Shown here: piece after piece, positions 49,364-59,084 of the stretch
Numbering within the stretch: position 1 is the first letter of the stretch
How the letters are laid out: each line of letters opens with the position of its first letter
Assembly: GCA_965238275.1 (NCBI GenBank)
Contig: OZ250186.1
Location: forward strand, 352,001 to 416,000
Source of the DNA: Nitrosopumilus sp.
GTDB taxonomy: Archaea; Thermoproteota; Nitrososphaeria; Nitrososphaerales; Nitrosopumilaceae
Length of the DNA stretch: 64,000 nt
Direction: 5' to 3'
Made by a program: the position numbers and the translations under genes
The notes under the pieces: model-generated
Told to the model about the DNA's origin: nothing
The model's database searches: none
The model's input: the letters and a program-made list of their open reading frames with translations, nothing else

Positions 49364-49765
49364 TCACGCAAACGCTACCCTCGATTCGTGATCAAAGCTT
49401 GCCTGTGAATCTGATGCGTGGATTATGTTTTCACTGAATCCCAGTCCAAAGTCGCCCCTGACGGAGCCGGGTGCGGCCTCTGCAGAATTTGTAGCACCGA
49501 TAATCTTCCTGGCTGCTGCAACTGCGCAGTTGCCCTCGATGACTGCTGCCACCACCGGCCCTGACGTGATGAATGATGTAAGCTCTCCAAAGAAGGGCTT
49601 GTCCTTGTGGACGTTGTAGAATTCCTCTGCCTGCTCCATGCTAAAGGTAAGCATCCTTAGTTTTAGAATATGGAACCCCTTCTCCTCAAACCTGGATATG
49701 ATGCGGCCCACCAGATTCCGTGCCACGGCATCAGGCTTTACGATGAACAGTGTCTGTTCAGTCAA
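49364..49765 (-). CDS. ndk: Nucleoside-diphosphate kinase
   Basis: IVKPDAV, NIIHASDS. TTG start inferred. Confidence 0.95.
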   Translation of the reverse strand: MTEQTLFIVKPDAVARNLVGRIISRFEEKGFHILKLRMLTFSMEQAEEFYNVHKDKPFFGELTSFITSGPVVAAVIEGNCAVAAARKIIGATNSAEAAPGSVRGDFGLGFSENIIHASDSQASFDHESRVAFA

Positions 49766-49767
49766 GG

Positions 49768-49968
49768 TTACTTTCTCCTGATTCCGCCCTTGACGTACTT
49801 GTTGGTCCACTTTAGCTTTCTTGGATCGCGCTTGAGTTCAAGTGCGTTCTTTTTGCATTTGGCAGAGCAGTACCACAGGACAGAGCCGTCGTTTTTGGCA
49901 AACATGGTGCCTGAACCCTTGGCTATTGGCTTGTTGCAGAAATTACACGGTTTGACTAAGAGACTCAT
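49768..49968 (-). CDS. rpl24e: 50S ribosomal protein L24e
   Basis: CNFC...CSAKC, PRKLKWT. Confidence 0.95.
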   Translation of the reverse strand: MSLLVKPCNFCNKPIAKGSGTMFAKNDGSVLWYCSAKCKKNALELKRDPRKLKWTNKYVKGGIRRK

Positions 49969-49978
49969 GCATACCCAC

Positions 49979-50191
49979 CTACTTTATCTTCTTGGCTTCC
50001 CTCTCAGTCTCCCTGAGCATCAGGATCTCCCCTATCCTGACAGAACCCTTTACGTTTCTTGTGAGAATTCGTCCCCGGTCCTTGCCGGTAAGAATCTTGA
50101 CGCGAACCTGGATCACCTCGCCTGCAATGCCGGTACGCCCGACAATCTGAATTATCTCGGATTGGACTACCTCGTCAGTTGTGGTGCTCAT
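49979..50191 (-). CDS. rps28e: 30S ribosomal protein S28e
   Basis: [12 protein letters not shown]...RNVKG...ETEREA. Confidence 0.95.
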   Translation of the reverse strand: MSTTTDEVVQSEIIQIVGRTGIAGEVIQVRVKILTGKDRGRILTRNVKGSVRIGEILMLRETEREAKKIK

Positions 50192-50574
50192 TAGTCAGTC
50201 TTGCCGCCCTTAATCTTAGAAATTGATGAGACAACCTGGTCTACAATGTGTTGTGCATCACCGGCATCCAAAATTGCAGCCGCAGCAGAAGTAATGTCAA
50301 TGCCCAGCGACTTGCCGAGCTCCTGTTTGCTTGGGACGAATGCAAATGCTGCATTCTGCTCCTCGCACAGAATCGGAAGATGTGCCACAATCTCAGGGGG
50401 TTCTACATCCTCTGCAATGATAATCAGTTTGCTTATGCCGCGCTCTATCGCCTTTGTTGCCTCGTTTGTGCCCTTTCTGACCTTGCCGCTGGTGGATGCG
50501 ACCCTGACTGCCTCCAGAATCGGATTTACCAGATCCTGTGGTGTCTCAAATTTAACATAATACGCTTTTGCCAT
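50191..50574 (-). CDS. rpl7ae: 50S ribosomal protein L7Ae
   Basis: [27 protein letters not shown]. Confidence 0.96.
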   Translation of the reverse strand: MAKAYYVKFETPQDLVNPILEAVRVASTSGKVRKGTNEATKAIERGISKLIIIAEDVEPPEIVAHLPILCEEQNAAFAFVPSKQELGKSLGIDITSAAAAILDAGDAQHIVDQVVSSISKIKGGKTD

Positions 50575-50641
50575 CTTCTTGATCCTTTTGCTTGGTTTTA
50601 AAAGTGTTAGCTGGTACCTTGTGGATGGGCAGTTATGGACG

Positions 50642-50790
50642 AAAAAAGCAAAGATCTATTACAAGTCCTCCCGATGGCCTTCTGCCGTCATTGTGTGAAC
50701 TCGCACCCGCTGACGTGCGGAGCCTTTAGATTCGGCCGACGGTAACTTGGCAATTCGGATAATCCCATTCGCCAGAGACCTTTGCACTCA
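50642..50790 (-). ncRNA. Candidate structured non-coding RNA
   Basis: Closing helix GCAAAGGTCT/AGATCTTTGC, internal stems TGGC(G)AAT/ATTGCCA, CCGTC/GACGG and CGCAC/GTGCG, a T6 tract immediately 3', and TATAAAA upstream at about 50840-50846. Confidence 0.4.
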
Positions 50791-51005
50791 TAACATAATC
50801 AAAGGCTAATCTATCGCATCACCACCTTGTGTCATACTCTTTTATATTTTTTGAGTATTTAGCAAACGCGTATACACTGCAAGACAGTGCACGCGTATCA
50901 ACTGTACAATTCCATACTTTTCTGATCGTGATCTCAGGGTCACAACTGTTTGGCTTGCCTGGTTTGCAGCATCGTATGGTAATGTCCGGAAACCGGATTG
51001 GACGA

Positions 51006-52361
51006 CTAGCCAGAATGCGCACTGAGAATCGAGTTTATTTTTCCGGTGTACTCTGACATTATTTCATCCAGCCTGTCCTGGCTTTTGGCCTCGGCATATA
51101 TCCGGACTATGGGTTCTGTGCCGCTGGGCCGAATCATAACCCACTCCTGGGGATCCAGCAGTATTCTGATGCCGTCAGTCGTATCAGAGTCTGGAAACTC
51201 CTCATTCAGTGCAGAGATGAGTCCCGGGACGTCCTGTGCCGGACACAAAACCTTGTCCTTGGTGGTAAAGGACGGGGGCAGTTCCAGCACTTCTTCAGAC
51301 AGGCTTCTCTTGGACGCTGCCAGGACATCAAGCATCAGTGCCAGCGTCATGCAGCCGTCCCGGACCTGGTTGTGCGGCCCGTACATGAATCCGCCGTTCT
51401 CCTCAAAGCCGATAAGCGCGCCTGTCTGAACCATCATCCGCGACACCTCCACGCTTCCGACCTTGGTGCGGATCACCTTGGAGCCGGACTGAGCAGCAAG
51501 CGACTCTATGCCGGAGCCTGAGTTCAGGCAGGTTACTGCAAGGGAGTCTGGGGCGTTTCCAAGGATATGTCTTGCAAGGACAAGCGCGGAGCTGTCGCCG
51601 GTCAGTACTTTTCCATGCTCGTCGCAGAATATGCTTCGGTCCCCGTCACCGTCAAAGGCGATTCCCAGATCCGCGTGATTATTCATGACTGCCTCGGAGA
51701 GATCCGAGAGGTTCTGCGGCGTCGGCTCCGAGCCCCGTCCTGGGAAGTTTCCGTCAATGTTTTCATTTACAAGGTACACCCTGCACCCGAGCATTTGGCA
51801 CAGGTCCGGCGCAGACACGGCCTGCGCGCCGTTTCCGAGATCCAGCACCACGCCAAACCCCCTGGACCGGATGCCCTCAGAATTAATCCGGGATGCAATC
51901 CCGTCAAGGTATGCCTTTGTTGCGCGCTTTTCCGTACTAGTCTCCCCCCACGCGGCAGGCTTGCCCCATTCCTTCTGCAGGTACATCCCCTCTACTGCAA
52001 TCTCGTCACTCCGGGATATCTCCACCCCGTCAGGCGCCACAGGCTTGATGCCGTTGTATTCTGGCGGGTTGTGCGAGGCTGTAATCATTATTCCCCCAGA
52101 GTATCCCAGGGATCTTACTGCGTACTCTAGGCACGGGGTCGGGACGATTCCTGCCACGCTGCAGTCGACTCCGATGGAGTTTAGCGCAGAGCAGACCATC
52201 TTGCACAGTACGGGTCCTGACTCCCGTCCGTCATAACCCACCAGTACCGGGCCCCTTCCAAAGAACGTCCCTAATGCAAGTGTCATGTCATGGACAAACT
52301 CCAGTGTGAGGTCCTGTCCAAACACCCCCCGAATGCCGTTTGTCCCAAAGAATCTTGCCAT
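51006..52361 (-). CDS. glmM: Phosphoglucosamine mutase / phosphohexomutase
   Basis: FGTNGIRG, TASHNP, DGDGDR, GFEENGG, RPSGTEP. Confidence 0.9.
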   Translation of the reverse strand: MARFFGTNGIRGVFGQDLTLEFVHDMTLALGTFFGRGPVLVGYDGRESGPVLCKMVCSALNSIGVDCSVAGIVPTPCLEYAVRSLGYSGGIMITASHNPPEYNGIKPVAPDGVEISRSDEIAVEGMYLQKEWGKPAAWGETSTEKRATKAYLDGIASRINSEGIRSRGFGVVLDLGNGAQAVSAPDLCQMLGCRVYLVNENIDGNFPGRGSEPTPQNLSDLSEAVMNNHADLGIAFDGDGDRSIFCDEHGKVLTGDSSALVLARHILGNAPDSLAVTCLNSGSGIESLAAQSGSKVIRTKVGSVEVSRMMVQTGALIGFEENGGFMYGPHNQVRDGCMTLALMLDVLAASKRSLSEEVLELPPSFTTKDKVLCPAQDVPGLISALNEEFPDSDTTDGIRILLDPQEWVMIRPSGTEPIVRIYAEAKSQDRLDEIMSEYTGKINSILSAHSG

Positions 52362-52506
52362 AATACCACCCGTGCACTTGATGAATTTGTGGGTATCTGT
52401 CTGTGCGTCATCAGGATAACAGGCACCCATACCATTCCGGCAGGGCACATCCGCCGGACCACACGGAGCTGGATAGGTTAAATTTATGCCCTGCCGTACA
52501 CCGTGT

Positions 52507-52591
52507 GCGGGAGTTGCCCAGCCCGGTCAAAGGCGTAGGGTTTAGGTCCCTATCTCTCAGGAGTTCGTGGGTTCAAATCCCGCCTCCCGCA
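52507..52591 (+). tRNA. tRNA-Leu(TAG)
   Basis: Acceptor GCGGGAG/CTCCCGC, anticodon arm TAGGG-TTTAGGT-CCCTA, long variable arm. Confidence 0.94.
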
Positions 52592-52632
52592 CTCTCTAAA
52601 TGATTAATAAAAGACATGCAGGGCACAGAGTC

Positions 52633-53469
52633 ATGAAGGATACTGTAATCGGCATTACAGTGATAGGCAAGGACAGGGGCGGAATCGTTGCCGCGTTTAC
52701 AAACTTTGTCTTCTTTAGGGGCGGAAACATCAACAAGATAAACCAGAACGTGTACAGCGGCCTTTTTGGCATGTACCTGGAGACCTCGTTTGCAAGGCCC
52801 ATCGACATCAAAAAGTTTGATGCAGACATCCAGGAGATGGCCAAACAGGAGAGGATGGAGGTCAACACCCAGCATGTGACGGATTCAAAGGCAAACATTG
52901 CAATATTTGTCACAAGGGAGCCGCACTGCCTGGACGCCATTCTGAAGGACTCCGAGTCGTTGGAGGGAGTGATTTCAATAATTATCGGCACCGAGGACAC
53001 GCTTGCGCCAAGGGCTGCAAAGGCAGGCATTCCGTTTGTGGTGATTGGGGACAAGGGCCAGCAGGAGGCAGAGGACAAGATTCTCCAGGTGTGCAAAGAG
53101 TACGACATTGATCTGATTGTTCTGGCAAGATACATGAGAATCCTGACGCCAAGCTTTGTCTGGCGGTACCCCAACAGGATCATCAACATTCATCCGTCGC
53201 TGCTGCCTGCGTTTCGCGGCGCATCGGCATACTCGCAGGCATTTGAGAGGGGGACAAAGGTTGTGGGCGTGACATGCCACTACGTTACAGAGAATCTGGA
53301 CCAGGGGCCGATCATACTGCAGGACGTCTTTCATGTGGAGCCTGAGGACACCCTGGAGAGGATAAAGTCAAAGGGGCAGAGGCTGGAGGCAAGTACTCTT
53401 CTCAAGGCCACCAAGATGCACCTTGAGAACAAACTGGATGTCCGCTGGAGAAAGGTCCACATCAAGTGA
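52633..53469 (+). CDS. purU: Formyltetrahydrofolate deformylase
   Basis: ACT domain, LARYMRIL, INIHPSLLPAF, LDQGPII. Confidence 0.92.
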   Translation: MKDTVIGITVIGKDRGGIVAAFTNFVFFRGGNINKINQNVYSGLFGMYLETSFARPIDIKKFDADIQEMAKQERMEVNTQHVTDSKANIAIFVTREPHCLDAILKDSESLEGVISIIIGTEDTLAPRAAKAGIPFVVIGDKGQQEAEDKILQVCKEYDIDLIVLARYMRILTPSFVWRYPNRIINIHPSLLPAFRGASAYSQAFERGTKVVGVTCHYVTENLDQGPIILQDVFHVEPEDTLERIKSKGQRLEASTLLKATKMHLENKLDVRWRKVHIK

Positions 53470-54203
53470 GTCAGATGCAGGAGATTAGAGCCAAAACCGA
53501 TCCCGGCATCAGAAGAACCATCAGTGCCGGGAACCATACTGCAGTCATTCCGGTGGGCTCCACAGAGCAGCACGGCCCCCACCTGCCCGTATCGACTGAT
53601 TCGGATATCGCAGGGGAGGTGGCAAGAAGGATTGCAGAGAAGAACAGATACCTCCTGTGTCCGGTGCTGACGTACGGCGTCTCCTTTGAGCACGCGCCGC
53701 TCTTCAATCTGAGCATCAGGGGGTCGACGCTGCGCCGCATCCTGACTGACCTGTGCTCATCGCTCCTCTCAAACGGGGTGGAGACAGTCTTTGTGATAAA
53801 CGGGCATCACGGAAACCAGGATGCCATAAGGGATGTGGGGAAGCATATGGATGCAGCCTCAGGCGGGAGGCTCAGGGTGCACACATTCTCGTACTGGCAC
53901 TTCATGGAGGGGGACTTTGACCATGCCGGGTTTGTCGAGACCTCGCTGATGCTGGCAGTATCAGACAGGGTCAGGATGGGGCTGGCCCGAAGGGGGCTGG
54001 TCACAGACGGCATGACAGACAGGGAGATCCAAAGGATCGGACGGCTGGCCCAAAAATCGTTCCCGGAGGCCACGGGAAACGGGATCTGGGGCGATCCGAC
54101 ATGTGCCACCAGGAAAGACGGGCAGAGAATCCTCAGGGAGATAGTCGGGAACCTTGGAAAGAAGTGTCAGGAATGCCTTGCAGGCTACAAAGGTCAAATT
54201 TAA
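53466..54203 (+). CDS. Creatininase/creatinine amidohydrolase-family protein
   Basis: PVGSTEQHGPHLP..TD, NGHHGN, HAGFVETS. Confidence 0.9.
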   Translation: MSQMQEIRAKTDPGIRRTISAGNHTAVIPVGSTEQHGPHLPVSTDSDIAGEVARRIAEKNRYLLCPVLTYGVSFEHAPLFNLSIRGSTLRRILTDLCSSLLSNGVETVFVINGHHGNQDAIRDVGKHMDAASGGRLRVHTFSYWHFMEGDFDHAGFVETSLMLAVSDRVRMGLARRGLVTDGMTDREIQRIGRLAQKSFPEATGNGIWGDPTCATRKDGQRILREIVGNLGKKCQECLAGYKGQI

Positions 54204-54239
54204 TATAATGCCTCAACATCAAGACAGTGAGTGAGATAG

Positions 54240-54476
54240 ATGTCTGTTGATATGGCCGTTAAGGTATTGGATGAGAGCATAAACGAAGTGGTACTCATAA
54301 AACTCAAGGGAAACAAGACAATCAGAGGCAATCTTCTTGGATTTGACCAGCACATGAATCTGCTACTTGACTATTCAGAAGACATTCCTGCCCAAGGCGA
54401 GCCAAAGAGCCTGGGAACCATCGTGGTCAGGGGCGACAACGTAGTCATGATATCCCCTCCGCCCCCACAGAGATAG
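54240..54476 (+). CDS. Sm-like (Lsm) RNA-binding protein
   Basis: [24 protein letters not shown]. Confidence 0.93.
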   Translation: MSVDMAVKVLDESINEVVLIKLKGNKTIRGNLLGFDQHMNLLLDYSEDIPAQGEPKSLGTIVVRGDNVVMISPPPPQR

Positions 54477-54485
54477 GTGGTCTGG

Positions 54486-54653
54486 ATGGTCAAAGGCACA
54501 ACTTCCATGGGGGGTTTTACAAAAAAGAAGGTTCACATCAGATGTAGGAGATGCGGCAAGAATTCACTCCACAAACGCCACCACAAATGTGCAAGCTGTG
54601 GTTTCCCCGATGCCAAACGCAGAAAATATTCCTGGATTAAATGGTACACATAG
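54486..54653 (+). CDS. rpl37e: 50S ribosomal protein L37e
   Basis: 55 aa, below the ORF-track cutoff: MVKGTTSMG...HIRCRRCG...CASCGF. Follows Lsm, as is usual in archaea. Confidence 0.93.
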   Translation: MVKGTTSMGGFTKKKVHIRCRRCGKNSLHKRHHKCASCGFPDAKRRKYSWIKWYT

Positions 54654-55736
54654 ATGCAGGAGATTGCGATTATTCTTGGTTCGCTAGCTGGAGTGGCCAC
54701 AGCAGCGGCTGCCATACGAATCGCCCCCAAGGGTAACGGCGCACCTGACGGCCCGCAGACCACAGGCGAGTCAAGATATCTGGAGATCGAAAGAGAGATT
54801 CTTACCAAGACGATTGCAAGGCTGTACGAGGCAGATACAGGACTGACCAAGGGTCAGAGGGACGGCCTCCTGATCAAATACCAGCACCGGTTGGAGATCA
54901 TACAGCTCAAGATACAGAGGCTAAAGCATACCGGCAGCAGCAAGGAGACAGACGAAGGCGTGGGCAATCTGATGATCAGGATGGATGAAAAGCTCTCCAA
55001 ACTGGACGAAAGGATCCACGAGTTGTCATCAAGCATGGCAGAGACCAGGGAGAGGCTGCTCCAGGAGACATGGGCCAGAAGGCAGATACAGGAGGAGCAT
55101 TCCCCAAGCGAACCTGCCACCGTTACAGCACCAGGCGTGCCTGCCAGAATTCCTGTTGAGACATCTGCCGGCATTCCAGCAGCAGCAGCAACAACGTCAT
55201 TGCCCGAGGCGCCAGCAGGGATACCTGCCGGCATTCCAGCAGCAGCAGCAGCAGCAACAACAACGTCATTGCCCGAGGCGCCGGTTGTAATACCTGCAGG
55301 CACAGATGATGATGCCAAGACGGATGATCCGGCCAGAGCAGGCAGCATCTCAAGAGGGGTGCAGCCGCATCCAAGGGGTCAGGAGATAAGACCCCTGCCA
55401 GAGCCTAAGAAGATCGATGCCGAGGTGGCAGAACCAAGGAAGGAACAGGCCGCCGCCGCCGCCGCCGCCGCCACCACCCTGACTGAATCAAGCCGCAAAA
55501 GCATGACGGAGGCCAATACGGTAAAACCCGAAGATGACGCCGCAGACAAGGCAAAACCGGATACGCCGCTGGCATCCCAGACAAACATACCGGAGCTGGA
55601 GGAGCCAGGTGATGATATTGACGATGCAGAGGAGCTCAAAAAGATCAAGGATGACATCAACAAGGCCCGGGAGTACGATGACATCAACAAGGCTGACAAA
55701 GCTTGCCCAGACAGAGGTGGAGTAGATGTCCTATGA
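54654..55736 (+). CDS. Membrane-anchored coiled-coil protein with a low-complexity linker (C-terminus probably frameshifted)
   Basis: N-terminal TM helix, LEIEREILTKTIARLYE coiled coil, duplicated AGIPAAAA(A)TTSLPEAP. Confidence 0.7.
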   Translation: MQEIAIILGSLAGVATAAAAIRIAPKGNGAPDGPQTTGESRYLEIEREILTKTIARLYEADTGLTKGQRDGLLIKYQHRLEIIQLKIQRLKHTGSSKETDEGVGNLMIRMDEKLSKLDERIHELSSSMAETRERLLQETWARRQIQEEHSPSEPATVTAPGVPARIPVETSAGIPAAAATTSLPEAPAGIPAGIPAAAAAATTTSLPEAPVVIPAGTDDDAKTDDPARAGSISRGVQPHPRGQEIRPLPEPKKIDAEVAEPRKEQAAAAAAAATTLTESSRKSMTEANTVKPEDDAADKAKPDTPLASQTNIPELEEPGDDIDDAEELKKIKDDINKAREYDDINKADKACPDRGGVDVL

Positions 55737-56400
55737 CGAGGCCATAAAGGCAGTAGCAGATGATGCGCTAAAACATGTCAGGGAGAGTTTCGTTGTGGGG
55801 CTGGGAAGCGGAAGGGCCGCGGCCGCGCTGGTAAGGTCGCTTGCAGAACGGAACAGAAAGGAGGATCTGCATGTCGTGGGGGTTCCAACCTCGCTTCAAA
55901 TCAAGCTGATTGCAGGGGACTGCGGCATGCCATTAACCGAGGCAGACCAGGTCGACGATATCGACGTGGTGTTTGATGGTGCAGACCAGATTGATTCTGA
56001 AAGGTTTGTAATCAAGGGCGGCGGAGGCGCCCTGCTGCGCGAGAACATCTTGTTCAGCCTTGCAAAAAAAGTAGTGGTAATGGCAGACGAGACAAAGTTT
56101 GTAGAGGATCTATCCAGGGAGGTTCCAGTGGAGATTCATCCGCTTGCAAGGACGGCAGTAGAGAATGCCATTGCAGGGCTTGACGGGAGTACGACCCTCC
56201 GTACGCTTGAGAGGGGGTATCCGTTCTTTACGGAGAACGGCAACATAATTCTGGACTGCGATTTTGGCACCATAGTGGATCCGGCGGTCCTGACCCAGAG
56301 GATCAAAAGCATACCGGGGGTCATGGAGTCAGGCATATTTCTGAGGAGGCCGGATGTAATCTACAGGGCCGGAACAGGCGGCAAGTTTGACGTGCTCTAG
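55726..56400 (+). CDS. rpiA: Ribose-5-phosphate isomerase A
   Basis: GLGSG, DGADQ, KGGGGALLRE, TENGN. Confidence 0.95.
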   Translation: MSYDEAIKAVADDALKHVRESFVVGLGSGRAAAALVRSLAERNRKEDLHVVGVPTSLQIKLIAGDCGMPLTEADQVDDIDVVFDGADQIDSERFVIKGGGGALLRENILFSLAKKVVVMADETKFVEDLSREVPVEIHPLARTAVENAIAGLDGSTTLRTLERGYPFFTENGNIILDCDFGTIVDPAVLTQRIKSIPGVMESGIFLRRPDVIYRAGTGGKFDVL

Positions 56401-56461
56401 GTTCAGGCAATTGGCGTAGCCGCTCAGGCAGAACGATAACTTTGAATCCCCTGCAACCCAC

Positions 56462-57529
56462 TCAGGTCACAAACAGGAACCTGTCCTCCTGCCATCCCTC
56501 CTGCAGCCTGCCCTCTATCGGAATACGGTTCCCGCAGAACATGCAGCAGTTGTTCTGATCAAGGTTCCACTGTCTTATTCTGAACCCGTACCTGTTGACA
56601 ACCACGTTCTGGCATTCGGCGCAGTAGGTATGCTCAAGTCTGTGGCCGGGGACGTTTCCCAGGTAGACATACCGGAGGCCCTCCTTTTTTGCAACATCAT
56701 AGTGCCTCTCAAGGGTCTCAACGGGAGTGCTTGGATACTCCATCATCTTGTAGTCGGGATGAAACCTCAGAAAATGGATGGGCATCTCGGGCCCGAATTC
56801 GTCATAGATGAATTTTGAGAGTTTTCTTGCATGCTCCAGGTCATCGCCTGCGCCCGGCACGATAAGATCGGTAATCTCCACGTGAATGTTGGTCCTGTCG
56901 CGTATCTCCAGCAGGGTGTCAAAGATTGGCTGGGGGTCAGGCACCCCGATGAATCTTCGTGTAAACTCCTTTTCTGCGCTGCCCTTAAAGTCGACGGTGA
57001 TGCCGTCAAGGAACTGGTCCATCATGGATACGGATTCCGGGGTGTCATACCCGTTTGAGACGAATACGTTGAAGAGCCCCCTCTTTCTTGCCTCGATCCC
57101 GCAGTCGCGCGCAAACTCGATGAATATGGAGGGCTCGTTGTAGGTGTATGCTATGCCGTGGGCACCGTATTTTGCAGCAGTCTCTGCCACCTGGACGGGG
57201 GTCATGTCGTTGCCCTCGACCTTTCTGCGCTGGCTGATATCGGAGTTCTGGCAGTACCGGCAGAGCCAGTTGCATCCGGTGGTTGCAATGGAGTATATCC
57301 GGCTTCCAGGATAGTAGTGCGTAAGGGGCTTCTTCTCGATGGGATCAATGTGCCCTGAGATCACCTTGCCGTACGCATAAAGCTGCAGCCTGCCGTCCTC
57401 GTTTCCTCTTATTCCGCAGAGGCCGATCTGTCCCTTTCCTATATCGCACAGCCTGGCACATGCTGTACACTGCACCCTGTCGTTTGGGAGCTTACGGTAC
57501 AGTTCGGCCTCTCTTCCGGGTATGCTCAA
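56462..57529 (-). CDS. amrS: AmmeMemoRadiSam system radical SAM enzyme
   Basis: DPIEKKPL, CNWLCRYCQN, YNEP, RFHP. Adjacent to AMMECR1 and MEMO1 genes. Confidence 0.92.
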   Translation of the reverse strand: MSIPGREAELYRKLPNDRVQCTACARLCDIGKGQIGLCGIRGNEDGRLQLYAYGKVISGHIDPIEKKPLTHYYPGSRIYSIATTGCNWLCRYCQNSDISQRRKVEGNDMTPVQVAETAAKYGAHGIAYTYNEPSIFIEFARDCGIEARKRGLFNVFVSNGYDTPESVSMMDQFLDGITVDFKGSAEKEFTRRFIGVPDPQPIFDTLLEIRDRTNIHVEITDLIVPGAGDDLEHARKLSKFIYDEFGPEMPIHFLRFHPDYKMMEYPSTPVETLERHYDVAKKEGLRYVYLGNVPGHRLEHTYCAECQNVVVNRYGFRIRQWNLDQNNCCMFCGNRIPIEGRLQEGWQEDRFLFVT

Positions 57530-57562
57530 TGTTTTTTATTACTACCGTGCATATTTAACGGT

Positions 57563-58198
57563 GTGACAGAACCTGTAGACATCTCAGACGAACAAGGGGC
57601 GGAGCTGGTAACTACCGCACGGAGAACCGTCACGGAGTTTCTGGAGGGGAACCAGAAGAGAAGGAAGGAGGGTAAGTTTTACTCCCAGTTTGGCTTTCAC
57701 GCCGGAGTCTTTGTAACGCTGAACAGGAATGGCTCCCTGAGGGGATGCATCGGGTACCCTCTTCCGTCAATGAGGCTTTGTGACGGGCTGGCAGAGGCTG
57801 CAGTCTCGGCTGCAACCAGGGATCCCAGATTCAGTCCGGTGACATCAGACGAGCTGGATACGATTACATTCGAGGTGACGGTTCTCACCGCACCTGCCCG
57901 GATTGTAGCAGGGGATCCCGAAGAGTACGTCCGGGAAGTCACGGTGGGAAGGCACGGGCTGCTGGTGGAAAGCGCATTCTCGTCGGGGCTGCTGCTCCCG
58001 CAGGTTCCTGCAGAGTACGGCTGGGATGCACGGGAGTTTCTGGCCCATACCTGCATCAAGGCGGGACTGGGCAGGGACGCATGGAAGGATCGCTCCACCA
58101 GGGTCTCAAGGTTTGAGGGGACAATATTCAGGGAGGAGTCCCCCGGAGGCAGGATAATCAGGGAGCCGCCTGGGGGGGGCGGGGGAGCACGGGAGTGA
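57563..58198 (+). CDS. amrA: AMMECR1-domain protein (AmmeMemoRadiSam protein A)
   Basis: GVFVTL, LRGCIG, DPRF, GLLLPQV. Confidence 0.92.
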   Translation: MTEPVDISDEQGAELVTTARRTVTEFLEGNQKRRKEGKFYSQFGFHAGVFVTLNRNGSLRGCIGYPLPSMRLCDGLAEAAVSAATRDPRFSPVTSDELDTITFEVTVLTAPARIVAGDPEEYVREVTVGRHGLLVESAFSSGLLLPQVPAEYGWDAREFLAHTCIKAGLGRDAWKDRSTRVSRFEGTIFREESPGGRIIREPPGGGGGARE

Positions 58199-59031
58199 CT
58201 GCACACAAAAGGCCGCCGGCTGTCGCAGGACAGTTCTATCCGGAAACGGCAGAGGAACTGGAGGCCATGATAGCATCATGCAGCATGCACAGGTGCGGCC
58301 CCGGCAGCCAGCAGGCAGACGACGGCAGGGTGTACGGGGTGGTAAGCCCCCATGCAGGCTACATGTACTCCGGACCCACTGCATGCCACGCATACAGGGC
58401 CATATCGCTGCAGAGGCCGGAGCTTGTAGTTATTGTGGGACCGAACCACTACGGCATAGGAAGGGATGCGGCAACCATGACAGAGGCAGAATGGGAGACG
58501 CCGCTGGGAATGGTCGGGGTGGACTCGGATTCTGCAAGGAGCCTGTCAGGCATATCAGGTACAGTCGAGATCGACTACCACTCCCATTCCAGGGATCACA
58601 GCCTTGAGGTCCAGATACCCATGCTGCAGTCCACGTTCCCGGGCGGGTTTGAGATTCTTCCGATAATCCTGAAATCGCAGGACCGGGGCACGGCAGAGGA
58701 TGTCGGGGCGGCCATATCAGAGGTTGCGGCAAAGAAGAATACGGTCATTATCGCATCGTCTGATTTTACTCACTATGAGGAGCAGTCCTTTGCCCGCATG
58801 CAGGACATGGCCCTGATCAAGCCCATACTGGATATGGACGTGGAGGCATTCTATGACGTGCTGGAAAGGAGAAGGGTGTCTGCATGCGGGTACGGGGCCA
58901 TCGCATCGGTCATGACTGCATGCAGGAGGCTTGGCGCAACAAGGGGCGTTCTGCTAGGCTATGCCACAAGCGGGGACGTGTCAGGGGACACCGAATCCGT
59001 GGTGGGGTACGGTGCGATAAAGTTTGTCTGA
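58195..59031 (+). CDS. amrB: MEMO1-family protein (AmmeMemoRadiSam protein B)
   Basis: VAGQFYP, PHAGYMYSG, HSLEVQ, SSDFTHY, VVGY. Confidence 0.92.
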   Translation: MTAHKRPPAVAGQFYPETAEELEAMIASCSMHRCGPGSQQADDGRVYGVVSPHAGYMYSGPTACHAYRAISLQRPELVVIVGPNHYGIGRDAATMTEAEWETPLGMVGVDSDSARSLSGISGTVEIDYHSHSRDHSLEVQIPMLQSTFPGGFEILPIILKSQDRGTAEDVGAAISEVAAKKNTVIIASSDFTHYEEQSFARMQDMALIKPILDMDVEAFYDVLERRRVSACGYGAIASVMTACRRLGATRGVLLGYATSGDVSGDTESVVGYGAIKFV

Positions 59032-59084
59032 GATGTCCTGCCGTGTGGGCAGCTGCCGTCGTGCCGGGGGATCAGGCAGGAGGA

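Noticed and set aside
50600-50850. RNase P RNA or SRP RNA
   Set aside because: Lacks the GAGGAAAGUCC / ACAGAA P4 signatures and the SRP helix-8 motif. Kept only as an unknown structured RNA candidate.
56462-59031. Radical SAM + AMMECR1 + MEMO1 cluster as a novel system
   Set aside because: Already described as the AmmeMemoRadiSam system, widespread in archaea and bacteria.
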